A stretch of DNA of 64,000 nt from Candidatus Kaiserbacteria bacterium. GTDB taxonomy: Bacteria > Patescibacteriota > Minisyncoccia > Phycocordibacterales > UBA2100. Shown in pieces: positions 17,563 through 27,443 of this stretch; within the stretch, counting starts at the first letter, position 1, and each line of letters opens with the position of its first letter. The translations under genes were made by a program, and so were the position numbers. The stretch is from assembly GCA_028286585.1 (NCBI GenBank), contig JAQBRI010000007.1:18479-82478 (forward strand). The letters run 5' to 3'. The notes beneath the pieces are model-generated. The model saw only the letters and a list, made by a program, of their open reading frames with translations, had not been told where the DNA came from and searched no databases.

Positions 17563-20019
17563 ATGCCACGAAGAATTCGTCGAATGCGACAAAGCCCACA
17601 TGCGGGAGTTCGCAGATTTATTTTTATTGCTGAGTTGACCATTTTAGCTGTTATCGCTGCTGGTTTTTTTATTCTTGGCGGTATTATTTTATGGGCATCC
17701 GTAATTCCAATCCCCTCAATCAATAATTTTGGGTCGCGAGCAGTTTCTCAATCCACAAAAATCTACGATCGTACCGGTACGATCGTCCTCTACGATGTGA
17801 ACGGTTCCGTACGCCGAACTTCGGTGCCTCTTGCTTCGATTAACCCCTGGATTAGACAGGCTTCGATTTCGATTGAAGACCGAACCTTTTATGAAAACGT
17901 AGGATTCAAGCCCCTTTCGATTCTTCGGGCAATTTTGGTAAACATTACCTCGGGCGGATATACACAGGGTGCCTCAACAATTACACAGCAGGTTGTTAAA
18001 AACGCGCTGCTTACCCAAAGTAAAACGATTACACGTAAAATCGAAGAAATTATTCTTTCGGTACGTCTTACACGCGTGTACACGAAAGATGAAATTCTTA
18101 ATACGTATTTGAATGAATCTCCCTACGGCGGCACCATCTATGGCGTAGAGGAGGCAGCACAGTATTTTTTTGGCGTTTCAGCAAAAGATGTAGACCTCGC
18201 ACAAGCAGCCTACCTTGCAGCGTTGCCGCAAGCTCCGACCTATTATTCTCCTAACGGTAACCACCGCGATGCACTCGACGCACGTAAAAACTTGGTACTC
18301 GAAAAGATGAAAGAGCAGGGATATATTACGGATGCACAATATCAACAAGCTACAAAGGAAACGGTTACATTCAAAAGTGCCGGCGCAAGTGGAATAAAGG
18401 CTCCTCACTTTGTTTTTTATATTCAGGAATATCTCGAAAGTAAGTATGGTGTTGACGCCGTCATGAGCGGTGGACTCCGCGTCACAACAACGCTTGATTA
18501 TGATCTGCAACAAAAAGTCGAATCTGTGGTACAGAAGTATTCGCCGGGCATGCAAAAAGATTTCAACGCTTCGAATACTGGAACAGTAGTCGTAGACCCA
18601 AAGACCGGTCAGATCCTTGCGATGATGGGTTCAAAAGATTATTTTAATAATTCGATCGATGGACAGGTTAATACAACACTCGCCGAAAGACAGCCTGGTT
18701 CAAGTTTCAAGCCATTTGTGTATGCTACTGCATTCGAAAAAGGATACACACCTGAGACGGTGGTCTTTGATGTACAGACGCAGTTTTCTACATCCTGTTC
18801 CCCATCGGACATCACAAACGATACACCACCATGCTATTCACCAGGTAACTACGACGGATCATATAAAGGTCCAATGACTCTGCGAAATGCTCTCGCTCAA
18901 TCGGAAAATATTCCTGCTGTTAAAACACTCTATCTCACGGGAATTAGTGATTCCATTGCGACAGCTAAGTCTCTTGGCATTACCTCGCTTGGAGATCCAG
19001 GTCAGTACGGTCTTACCCTCGTACTGGGCGGCGGCGAAGTAAGTCTTCTCGAAATGACGGGAGCATACGGAGTATTTGCAAATGACGGAGTGCGGAATCC
19101 TTCAACCGGAATTCTCGAAGTGCAGGATAACGCAGGAAATATACTTGAATCCTATCAATCAGTACCAACGCGGGTGATCGATTCGCAAATTACCCGTGAA
19201 ATATCAGATGTTTTGTCGGATAATGTAGCTCGAATTCCTGAATTTGGTGTAGACAGCCCACTTAATTTCAAAGACGCAGATGTTGCAGATAAAACTGGAA
19301 CCACCAATGATTCGCGCGATGCATGGATTATTGGGTATACGGACTCTGCAGTAGTTGGAACATGGGCAGGAAACAACAACAACACTCCAATGGTAAAAAA
19401 GATTGCGGCATTTATTGTGGCACCGATGTGGCACGATATTATGGAAGCGGTTATTCAAAAATATCCTTCGGTAGCTTTTCCAAAACCAGCGCCCGAAGCA
19501 GATCCGGCAAGTCTTCCACCAGCCTTGGTTGGTAACTGGAATCCAAATCCTTCGCAAGGAGTTCACGATATTCTTTTCTGGGTCCAAAAAAGTAACCCGC
19601 GCGGTCCTGCACCAACAAATCCTTGGGCCGATGGTCAGGCGGCGTATTGGGATTATGGAGTCCAAGCCTGGCTTGCTGCAAACGGAGGAGTTGGTGTTTC
19701 GCCACAATTTAATATCCCGGGAGGAACGGGTGACGGAAGTTCTATCATCTCTCCATCGTCCGAGGCCTTTCAAATTACATCGCCGACATCAGGTGCAGTT
19801 ATTTCATCACAGTATCCACTTACCATTCTTGCGAGCGGAGGTGCGGGAACTGTGACTCGAGTTACTTATTCGATCAACGGTGCCACTGTTGGATCGGCCG
19901 ACAAACCACCATATGCCGTTATCGTAAATCTTCTCAAGAAAGGACCTGCGACGCTCACAGCAGCAATTCAAACAGCTACAGGTCTACAGACTCAGACCGT
20001 TAACTTTTCTGTTCAATAG
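17563..20019 (+). CDS. class A penicillin-binding protein (transglycosylase plus transpeptidase) with C-terminal extension
   Basis: N-terminal TM anchor; GT51 motifs IEDRTFYEN..., transpeptidase SSFKPF, SEN, KTGT motifs. Confidence 0.85.
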   Translation: MPRRIRRMRQSPHAGVRRFIFIAELTILAVIAAGFFILGGIILWASVIPIPSINNFGSRAVSQSTKIYDRTGTIVLYDVNGSVRRTSVPLASINPWIRQASISIEDRTFYENVGFKPLSILRAILVNITSGGYTQGASTITQQVVKNALLTQSKTITRKIEEIILSVRLTRVYTKDEILNTYLNESPYGGTIYGVEEAAQYFFGVSAKDVDLAQAAYLAALPQAPTYYSPNGNHRDALDARKNLVLEKMKEQGYITDAQYQQATKETVTFKSAGASGIKAPHFVFYIQEYLESKYGVDAVMSGGLRVTTTLDYDLQQKVESVVQKYSPGMQKDFNASNTGTVVVDPKTGQILAMMGSKDYFNNSIDGQVNTTLAERQPGSSFKPFVYATAFEKGYTPETVVFDVQTQFSTSCSPSDITNDTPPCYSPGNYDGSYKGPMTLRNALAQSENIPAVKTLYLTGISDSIATAKSLGITSLGDPGQYGLTLVLGGGEVSLLEMTGAYGVFANDGVRNPSTGILEVQDNAGNILESYQSVPTRVIDSQITREISDVLSDNVARIPEFGVDSPLNFKDADVADKTGTTNDSRDAWIIGYTDSAVVGTWAGNNNNTPMVKKIAAFIVAPMWHDIMEAVIQKYPSVAFPKPAPEADPASLPPALVGNWNPNPSQGVHDILFWVQKSNPRGPAPTNPWADGQAAYWDYGVQAWLAANGGVGVSPQFNIPGGTGDGSSIISPSSEAFQITSPTSGAVISSQYPLTILASGGAGTVTRVTYSINGATVGSADKPPYAVIVNLLKKGPATLTAAIQTATGLQTQTVNFSVQ

Positions 20020-20027
20020 GTCAAATT

Positions 20028-21134
20028 TTAGCGATTGAGAGGCATCACAAGATAACGAAAGGATGCATCAGAAACCCCTTTAATAACAACGGGTCTTCCT
20101 ACTCCTGCAAACGTTAAGATAATGGAATCAGACGCAATAGATGACAGACAATCTGCTAGGTATGTAATGTGAAATTTAATATCAATGTCTTCTCCTGTAA
20201 TCGCTGCGTCAATCGAGTCTGACATTTCACCTATTTCGTTACTTTGTGCGGTAATGGTGAATATTTTTCGGTTTGGATAGACATGAAAGCCTACGTATTG
20301 TTCTACTCCTGAAAATATTCGGGCTTTTCTGAGTGCATCAGTAAAATCACCCTTTAAAACAACAACTTCAGTATTGGTGTCCTTTGGAATAATTTCCTTA
20401 TATTGTGGAAAATGACCGTCTACTACCCGTGTCGAATAATAAAGGCCTGGTCCCTGGAAAACAATGTAGGAATCTTCGACAACCTTCCATTCAATAGAAT
20501 CCTCTTGAATATGTTCGAGTACATGCAATAACTCGAGTGTATATTTGAGCGGAATTAAAATTTCGGTATTTTCGGCAACGGCCGTTTGTTTGATGGTTTT
20601 TTCAGCCAAACGAAATGAGTCTGTTGCGACACAGATAAAGTCCGTATCGTTCGATAACATACAAATACTTCCTAATTCAGGGCGAATCATCGAGGGAGAT
20701 GCCGAGTATACAACTGATCGTATTCCAGAAAGGAGTGTATTCTTTTCAATTGTATTAGTGTTTGTGACCACTGTGTCTGATTGTAAAAGCGGAAATTCCG
20801 CGTGCGAAATTGCTTTTATAACACTGTGTGATTTTTGTGATTTGATTACAAAATTTTCATCTTCAACGGTGCAGGTAATTGATTCACCCTGAATCGAGCG
20901 AAGTGTTTGGGAAAGGATATGAGCGGGTATTGCGATAATGCCTTCTGTAGTTACCTGTGCTGGGATTACCGACTTGATGGTCGATTCGAGATTTGTTGCC
21001 TGAATGCTAACTGTATTGTTTTTGCTTTCAAATACGATACATGAAAGTACTGGGAGTGATTCTTTCTTTCCGACGATCTTCTCACACATCAGTACTGCAT
21101 TAAGTAATTGTTTGGTTGTTGTTGAGAAGTTCAT
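20028..21134 (-). CDS. dnaN: DNA polymerase III beta sliding clamp
   Basis: MNFSTTTKQLLNAVLMCEKIV start, three-domain length about 368 aa, directly downstream of dnaA. Confidence 0.85.
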   Translation of the reverse strand: MNFSTTTKQLLNAVLMCEKIVGKKESLPVLSCIVFESKNNTVSIQATNLESTIKSVIPAQVTTEGIIAIPAHILSQTLRSIQGESITCTVEDENFVIKSQKSHSVIKAISHAEFPLLQSDTVVTNTNTIEKNTLLSGIRSVVYSASPSMIRPELGSICMLSNDTDFICVATDSFRLAEKTIKQTAVAENTEILIPLKYTLELLHVLEHIQEDSIEWKVVEDSYIVFQGPGLYYSTRVVDGHFPQYKEIIPKDTNTEVVVLKGDFTDALRKARIFSGVEQYVGFHVYPNRKIFTITAQSNEIGEMSDSIDAAITGEDIDIKFHITYLADCLSSIASDSIILTFAGVGRPVVIKGVSDASFRYLVMPLNR

Positions 21135-21370
21135 ATAATTTAATTTATTTTTAAAAAAGAGTATTACTACTATATGTGGGGATATGGTGATAAGTACATA
21201 ATTCACTTCCCTGCTTGGATGGTTTGAGAAGTTCAGTTGGGGATAGCGGTGTGTATAAGCACATACTAAGTCGATTTTTTAATAAGTGAAAAAATATTTC
21301 TCTTGATTACCTAAGTTATAAACATGGAATTCAGTAGTCATACTCATCTTATACATACGCTATCCACAGG
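21135..21370. promoter_or_regulatory. dnaA-dnaN intergenic region with DnaA-box-like 9-mers (candidate oriC segment)
   Basis: CTATCCACA at about 21358, TGTGTATAA (reverse complement of TTATACACA) at about 21266, TGTGGGGATA at about 21185, AT-rich stretch near 21135-21165. Confidence 0.5.
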
Positions 21371-22732
21371 TTATACATGCACTAATGCACGGACATGCTC
21401 AAGCTCTTGTTCCAGAACATTACTTATTAAAGATTCCTTTTTAATTTTCTCACACGAATGAATAACCGTCGTGTGGTCTCGCCCACCAAGCTTTTCACCA
21501 ATAGTAGGAAACGAAATATTAAACTCCTCACGCAGGATATACATAATTATTTGGCGTGGGCGTACAACTTCCTTCTTTCGGGTTTTTTCGTAGATGCTTT
21601 TCTCTGCAATATTATAATATTGCGCGATTCGACGAACCACTTCCTCTACAGACACACCCTTTTGCTGCTTCATGGTGTGTTTAATGAGGGTTCTCACATC
21701 AGAAATTGTTATTGGCTTACCCTTAAGCTGCGATTTGCACTCAATCATATTAAGCACACCCTCGATTTCTCGAATATTTCCACGCACGGAGTCAGCGATA
21801 AAATCTACCACATCCTTTGGAATAGAAAAACCATGTGCCTCGAGCTTTGCACAAATAATACTTCGACGGGATTCTATGTCCGGCTCGGTAATCTCAGCGA
21901 TCATTCCCCCAACAAATCGACCCTTAAGCCGTTCTTCAAATCCCGGCATGAGCATTGGGTGTTTATCGGAAGAAAAAATAATCTGTTTGTTGTTGTCTCG
22001 AAGTGCGTTAAACAAGTGAAAAAGTTCTTCTTGGGTTTTTTCGGTGCTAGCAATAAATTGAATATCATCCATGATCAAAACATCATATTGACGGTATTGA
22101 TTCTTAAAGTTGTTGGCCGTACCACTTCGGACTGAGTTGATGTAATCAATAGCAAACTTTTCCGAGGTTATATAAATGACTTTTTTGTTTGAATGCGTCT
22201 TCTTAAACTGATTTCCTATCGATTGAGTAAGATGTGTCTTTCCGTATCCAGTAGATCCATATATAAACAATGGATTATAAAGTGCCCCAGGATGTTCCAA
22301 GACGGCCTTTGAGGCAGCAAACGCAAGCTGATTAAAGGCTCCGACAACAAAGGTGTCAAAGGTATATCGAGGGTTGAGGTTGTCACGCTTATCTATATAA
22401 AGCTTTTGAAGATCAAGCGAGGTGTTCCCTACTGGCTGCTGCTGTTTTTTTGCATCAAGATGCGGCTGCACGCGATGCACTGAATATTCTATGGCTCGAA
22501 TCGAGTTATCAAGATTGCGGAGCGCTGAAAGAATTACTTTATGGTGCTTTTCCATCAGCCACTCCTTTACTATCTTTGATGGAACGGCGAGCTGCACGGT
22601 CCCGTCCTCGTGGTTAAGTATCGATATATTTCGGAACCATGTTTTGAAACTAGCCTGTGAAGTTTCAAGCTCGATGTGTACAAGTGCGTTTTGCCAGAGT
22701 TCATTATTAGTTATCATACGCAGGTGATGCAA
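21371..22732 (-). CDS. dnaA: chromosomal replication initiator DnaA
   Basis: AAA+ Walker A LFIYGSTGYGKTHL, box VII, C-terminal DnaA-box binding HTH. Confidence 0.9.
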   Translation of the reverse strand: MHHLRMITNNELWQNALVHIELETSQASFKTWFRNISILNHEDGTVQLAVPSKIVKEWLMEKHHKVILSALRNLDNSIRAIEYSVHRVQPHLDAKKQQQPVGNTSLDLQKLYIDKRDNLNPRYTFDTFVVGAFNQLAFAASKAVLEHPGALYNPLFIYGSTGYGKTHLTQSIGNQFKKTHSNKKVIYITSEKFAIDYINSVRSGTANNFKNQYRQYDVLIMDDIQFIASTEKTQEELFHLFNALRDNNKQIIFSSDKHPMLMPGFEERLKGRFVGGMIAEITEPDIESRRSIICAKLEAHGFSIPKDVVDFIADSVRGNIREIEGVLNMIECKSQLKGKPITISDVRTLIKHTMKQQKGVSVEEVVRRIAQYYNIAEKSIYEKTRKKEVVRPRQIIMYILREEFNISFPTIGEKLGGRDHTTVIHSCEKIKKESLISNVLEQELEHVRALVHV

Positions 22733-22854
22733 TTATACGCACTTTAGAATATAAAACCAACCTTTCGGATCGTAATCAAATCTGTGCATATCGTGTGGAT
22801 AGCTACCAGCCTGCCCTGCTTGATATATTTGATTTTTGAGATATAGTGCTTGGT
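22733..22854. promoter_or_regulatory. dnaA promoter/upstream region with DnaA box TGTGGATAG
   Basis: TGTGGATAG (reverse complement CTATCCACA) at about 22786-22794. Confidence 0.45.
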
Positions 22855-22995
22855 ATGAAGCGAACCTATCAACCAAAGAAACAAAAGCGAGCGAAGGCTC
22901 ACGGTTTTATAGCTCGATCTGCAACTGTTGGAGGTCGCGCAATGATCGCCCGACGTCGTGCAAAGGGCCGATCAAAACTCTCGGCGTCTGTATAA
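22855..22995 (+). CDS. rpmH: 50S ribosomal protein L34
   Basis: Hand translation [46 protein letters not shown]; not in the ORF track because under 60 aa. Confidence 0.85.
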   Translation: MKRTYQPKKQKRAKAHGFIARSATVGGRAMIARRRAKGRSKLSASV

Positions 22996-23324
22996 TGACT
23001 CAGAAGTCACGCATGACACGTGCCGATATCGAGCGAGTACTCAAAAGCAAGACTCGCCGCGTGCGTACAGCGTTATTTTCTGCGATATTTTGCCCATCCG
23101 TTGATGGCGCCCCTACGCAATACGCGACTGTTGTATCAAAGAAAATAGCTCGTCATGCAGTTGACCGCAATCGTATTAAACGCCGAATGCGGGCAGCATT
23201 ACAACACGTTTCTCCCCCAGTCCACTCCTATTTTATTGTTCTATATCCCCTAAAGACAGTGGCTACGGTACCGCATGATGTACTAATGAACGAAGTCCAG
23301 TCATTTTTACAGACTCTCTCGTGA
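22994..23324 (+). CDS. rnpA: ribonuclease P protein component
   Basis: [29 protein letters not shown]...; overlaps rpmH stop (ATGA); classic rpmH-rnpA-yidC-jag order. Confidence 0.8.
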
Positions 23325-23341
23325 TATAGTATAAAATATAT

Positions 23342-24070
23342 ATGATTGCATCCATTTTTCACCTAGTAATATACGCGCCGCTCTATAATGCGCTCGTATA
23401 CCTCGTTTCCCTCGTTCCAAACCATGATATAGGAATTGCTATAGTAATTCTTACTATTATTGTGCGAATCATTCTGTTTCCTCTTTCGCGTAAAGCAATC
23501 GAGACACAAATTGCAATGAAGCGTATCACGCCAGAAGTTGCAAAACTTCGTGAATTGCACAAAGAAGACAAGACGGCAGAAACTAAGGCTATTCTCGAGC
23601 TCTATCGAGAAAATAATGTGCACCCATTTGCTAGTTTTGGCATCGTATTATTGCAGCTCCCAATACTTCTTGGACTCTATTTTGTGTTTGCACGTGCGGG
23701 ATTTCCCGTCATAAATACTGATTTTCTCTATTCGTTTGTAGCAGTTCCAAAAATGGTAAACATGGAGTTTTTAGGAATTTGGAATATGGCAAATAGTCAC
23801 AATATCTTCCTCGCGGTCACTGCAGGATTAACCCAGTTTGCATATACCCGACTCTCGATGGGTCCACGCGGCGTAAAGACAGCAACAGAAGCATCGCTTT
23901 CTGACGAAATGGCAAAAAGCTTTGATCTTCAGGCCCGTTTTGTCCTTCCTCTTATCATTGCTGTTGCAGGATATACACTAGTGTCCGCCGCGGCCTTGTA
24001 TTACACAGCAAGCAATATCTGTATGATCATACAGGAACTTCTTTCTGGGCGTCGCTTTACCAATGACTAG
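23342..24070 (+). CDS. yidC: membrane protein insertase YidC (short, monoderm-type)
   Basis: YidC/Oxa1 core helices (ILTIIVRIILFPL, PEVAKLRELHKED...), 242 aa. Confidence 0.8.
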   Translation: MIASIFHLVIYAPLYNALVYLVSLVPNHDIGIAIVILTIIVRIILFPLSRKAIETQIAMKRITPEVAKLRELHKEDKTAETKAILELYRENNVHPFASFGIVLLQLPILLGLYFVFARAGFPVINTDFLYSFVAVPKMVNMEFLGIWNMANSHNIFLAVTAGLTQFAYTRLSMGPRGVKTATEASLSDEMAKSFDLQARFVLPLIIAVAGYTLVSAAALYYTASNICMIIQELLSGRRFTND

Positions 24071-24090
24071 CGGACAGGTATAGTGAGTCG

Positions 24091-24567
24091 ATGAATGGAG
24101 ATGTAAAAGCAATTATTCTCAATATTTTCTCTAATATTGGCCACGAGGAACTTCCTGTTGAGGAAACTACCGTTGCAGGACAGCATATATTTTCTATACA
24201 AATCCCCGAAGCTGATCTTGCTTTGTTTGCAAACAATCCAGATGTCATTAATGCGCTCGACCACCTCGTCAAAAAGATAGTTGAAAAAAATACTGTTGCA
24301 TCCCCTACCGCACCAGGCAATGAAGACAGATTTTCATTTCTCGTCGATATTGGAGGCAAACGAATTGCACAGATAAAGGATTTAGAGTCACGCGCAATGA
24401 TGATGGCTGATCGCGCACGCTCGTTTCAATATGACGTCGAATTGGCACCCATGAGCGCCTATGAGCGTCTTATTGTGCATACAACACTACAAGATTCACC
24501 TAAGGTACGAACCGAGTCTCAGGGAGAAGGTTTTAACCGCCGTGTAGTTATCAAATACGTCGCTTAA
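24091..24567 (+). CDS. jag: Jag/KhpB RNA-binding protein (KH plus R3H)
   Basis: C-terminal R3H motif ERLIVHTTLQDSPKVRTESQGEGFNRRVVI; synteny after yidC. Confidence 0.75.
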   Translation: MNGDVKAIILNIFSNIGHEELPVEETTVAGQHIFSIQIPEADLALFANNPDVINALDHLVKKIVEKNTVASPTAPGNEDRFSFLVDIGGKRIAQIKDLESRAMMMADRARSFQYDVELAPMSAYERLIVHTTLQDSPKVRTESQGEGFNRRVVIKYVA

Positions 24568-24586
24568 CAACACTGTTTGGATGTTA

Positions 24587-25045
24587 TTAAGGGCCAACAG
24601 TCGCGGTTTTAACTGTATTCAGTGTCTTCAAAATATCAAGGTTTAGAAGATTGGGATTGATCTGAAAAAGTATCAAATACACGCCAAATAGAATCAAAAG
24701 ACCTATTATTGAATCCGCGAACATTTTTTTTGCTACATCTTTCTTGCTCCACATGTCGGCACTTCCCATATACAGGTACCCTGCCCAGGTGATTCGGCAT
24801 ACTGCCGCAAAGGCACCGGCCGAAAGTATGATCCGAAACATTGCATTCAAATATTGTGTGAGTCCTTGCGCATCTATAGCACTATTTATGGCCGGAGAAT
24901 TTTTATAATCTGCCAGCGGTACAAATTTACTAGGTGTTTCTGAAGTTGAAGGTGTTGCTTGCGCGTGTGCAGTGTAATTCACCCCGGTAAAACTTACCAA
25001 AAGCACAACGAGGCAGATTTTGATTGATGTATATATAAGTTTCAT
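24587..25045 (-). CDS. VirB2/TrbC-like pilin candidate (signal peptide plus two hydrophobic helices)
   Basis: Signal peptide ending AHAQA, then two hydrophobic segments separated by a short Lys-rich loop; last gene of the T4SS-like block. Confidence 0.35.
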   Translation of the reverse strand: MKLIYTSIKICLVVLLVSFTGVNYTAHAQATPSTSETPSKFVPLADYKNSPAINSAIDAQGLTQYLNAMFRIILSAGAFAAVCRITWAGYLYMGSADMWSKKDVAKKMFADSIIGLLILFGVYLILFQINPNLLNLDILKTLNTVKTATVGP

Positions 25046-25049
25046 ATCT

Positions 25050-26297
25050 CTATTGTGTCACACGTAATGCCCATAATGATTGATCGGTTCTGTTTCTAAA
25101 TACAATAAAATTGCCGGTTGGATCCATTTGCGGATTTTCCACATCAAAGGCAATACCATCCCCTACCGGATCGTAGATTCGTGTTGTGGTCGCCGAATCA
25201 ACACGCCACCACTCATCACTGGTATGAACAAGGCCTTGGTACCAGTCTGTTATATATGTTTTGTCTGTGATGCTTTTTGGTACGGCGCAGTAAGCGACGG
25301 GCTCGATACTAGACATCCATACACACTTATCCGCAATGGTGGATAGTGGAACCAAAAGACCTGTGCTGCTGGTTGCGAAGACAAGGTTTACGAGTCCACT
25401 TGCCGAACTACTATACAAAAACTCCTTTCCAGAAGTACGAGGAAGTATCATAAGTCCTGAAATCGCCCGCATATAGGGGTTTAATACTCCTGTCGATGTT
25501 ACCTGGTAGCTGTATCCCGGGATATTGTCAGCCGGACTCTGGGTAAGAAAGATTCTGCCGTCAGTAAGTATACTTGGCACCCAGCTCTTGAGAGGAAGCG
25601 ATGTAATAAGAACTGGCTTTGCATCATTCCAGCCCTGTGAATACAAGCTTGCTCCACCTGTTGGGTTTGCAGCGGTGTATATATATGTTTTTGTCTTTGC
25701 ATTTAATGCAAACTGAAGTGCATTTGGTGCGGTATATGCCCCACTGAGCGATAGATGTGCACTTGTTGTGGCGTTAGATGCAGTCGGAGCCACCGTATGG
25801 ATTGTACCGAGGAATGTTGTGATGTTTCCATTTGTATCAAGAGAGCGCTCAACCACGCTTCCATCTTGTGCGACATATGCTTCGTATATTTCAGGAAATA
25901 ATGTATCCGTAACACGCACGGTTGTTTGGGATGCTAGGTCAGCAGCGAAAATATTTCCATTGGCTCTGGGAATATATTCAAGCGTTGAAGAAGAAAAGCC
26001 ATATCCTGCGATAGGCTGTGCATCCACATGCCATATTCTTGGAATAGTTTTTGCAGATGGTGCAATACCGATTGGAGTCGAGGTCCCCTGATTTGCAGCA
26101 CTTCCCCCGGTGCTTGGTGTGCCAAAAGAATTATATTGCGTATTGGTAGTGCTGTTTCCGCGAAGTTGGTCGATTTTTTGAATCGATGTCTCTTTTGTTT
26201 TGAGATAGACATACCACCCAGTCATTCCGCCGAGAATCGTGACGATAAGTGCTAATACTATGAGTCTGAGAGGTTTTATAAAGGAAGAAGTTTCCAT
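25050..26297 (-). CDS. N-terminally TM-anchored extracellular protein, unknown function
   Basis: TM anchor LRLIVLALIVTILGG, Ser/Thr/Gly-rich extracellular part; in T4SS-like operon. Confidence 0.5.
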   Translation of the reverse strand: METSSFIKPLRLIVLALIVTILGGMTGWYVYLKTKETSIQKIDQLRGNSTTNTQYNSFGTPSTGGSAANQGTSTPIGIAPSAKTIPRIWHVDAQPIAGYGFSSSTLEYIPRANGNIFAADLASQTTVRVTDTLFPEIYEAYVAQDGSVVERSLDTNGNITTFLGTIHTVAPTASNATTSAHLSLSGAYTAPNALQFALNAKTKTYIYTAANPTGGASLYSQGWNDAKPVLITSLPLKSWVPSILTDGRIFLTQSPADNIPGYSYQVTSTGVLNPYMRAISGLMILPRTSGKEFLYSSSASGLVNLVFATSSTGLLVPLSTIADKCVWMSSIEPVAYCAVPKSITDKTYITDWYQGLVHTSDEWWRVDSATTTRIYDPVGDGIAFDVENPQMDPTGNFIVFRNRTDQSLWALRVTQ

Positions 26298-26300
26298 AGG

Positions 26301-27443
26301 TTATTTTGGAGTTGCATGAAATGGATCTGCAGCAGTTTGTGTTGGCGTATTTATTGTCGTTGTTTTGTTAAATACCACACTCCACAACTGTTCTGCATCC
26401 ATCAAAAAATCCTGGGAGTGCGTAACGGAAAGCGATATGTTTGCAGCTCCATTTGAATTTGCAGCGTTAATGGTCAGTTTACTTGGATTGCTCGTATCAA
26501 GTGGTACCGGTATGCCATTAATATCCCAACTATATATCAACCTGGGATCATTTGGATTTGATACTGCCGCAAAGTAAGGCACGGCACGGAATGTTGATTC
26601 AATGTCATTAATGGGAGTGTTTGCGAGAAGTGCGCTGGAATACATTGTTCCATATCGAGGATTATTTACGTACAGTTCTACAAGCGGATCATTAACAGGA
26701 ACATTTATATGTGCTGCACCAGAAATTGTGTTGTCTGAAGAGTGAACAACCACATCAACAGAATACGAAGAAGTTAATATGGGAGCTCCTACGGTAAGAA
26801 TATTTTTTCCAAGTCCCGATAATGAGCCCTTTACTATACCGTTCACGCTCCACGTAAAAATTAGTTTGTCATTTGCTATTCGAGCTCCTCGACTGTCGAC
26901 AAGGTATGGAATTGTTTGCACTTTAAAACCCGAACCGTGCGACGGAAGCGCGCGCCCCTTATAAAAGGGCGGAATATATGAGTTACTGTCGAGCAACAAA
27001 TCTACAACTGTAGGAGTTATAACAACTTGCGCACTTTTATTGCCGCTCGTAGTGTCGGCTGTTGCTCGAACTGTAAGAGATGATCCAGCATTTTGTGCCT
27101 GCGTCGTAAATTGCGTATCACCAATCGAACTCTCGATTTGCTTTCCATTTACCGTCCACGTGATTAAGCTTTGCGAAATGTCGGTGGATGCACTAGTTAC
27201 AGTTGCTGTAATAGTGTCACGCGGGCCAGGATTGTGAGGCGTGAATGTAATATACATGTCGGAGCCGCTGCCTCCCCCGCCAAGACTTTGTGCATGAGTA
27301 CGTGTTGCAGCACAAAACATAATAAGTAAAAAGAGACTGCTATATACAGATATGTGTGTACGAAGCGACACCATACTATTCTCCATGTAGTGAACTACTG
27401 TTAAGGCTGCTTGCAACCGGAGCAGTGTCTTCGCCTGGCGCAT
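26301..27443 (-). CDS. secreted protein with signal peptide, unknown function
   Basis: Signal peptide LFLLIMFCAATRTHAQS; beta-rich, Thr/Ser-rich. Confidence 0.5.
   Translation of the reverse strand: MRQAKTLLRLQAALTVVHYMENSMVSLRTHISVYSSLFLLIMFCAATRTHAQSLGGGGSGSDMYITFTPHNPGPRDTITATVTSASTDISQSLITWTVNGKQIESSIGDTQFTTQAQNAGSSLTVRATADTTSGNKSAQVVITPTVVDLLLDSNSYIPPFYKGRALPSHGSGFKVQTIPYLVDSRGARIANDKLIFTWSVNGIVKGSLSGLGKNILTVGAPILTSSYSVDVVVHSSDNTISGAAHINVPVNDPLVELYVNNPRYGTMYSSALLANTPINDIESTFRAVPYFAAVSNPNDPRLIYSWDINGIPVPLDTSNPSKLTINAANSNGAANISLSVTHSQDFLMDAEQLWSVVFNKTTTINTPTQTAADPFHATPK

Noticed and set aside
17128-17723. Several minus-strand ORFs (17128-17412, 17177-17506, 17490-17723)
   Set aside because: Lie antisense within ruvC and the PBP1A start region; no coding features
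22836-23324. 162-aa ORF listed as a single long frame
   Set aside because: Upstream part is an out-of-frame read-through over rpmH; real rnpA start is the ATG at 22994 overlapping the rpmH stop
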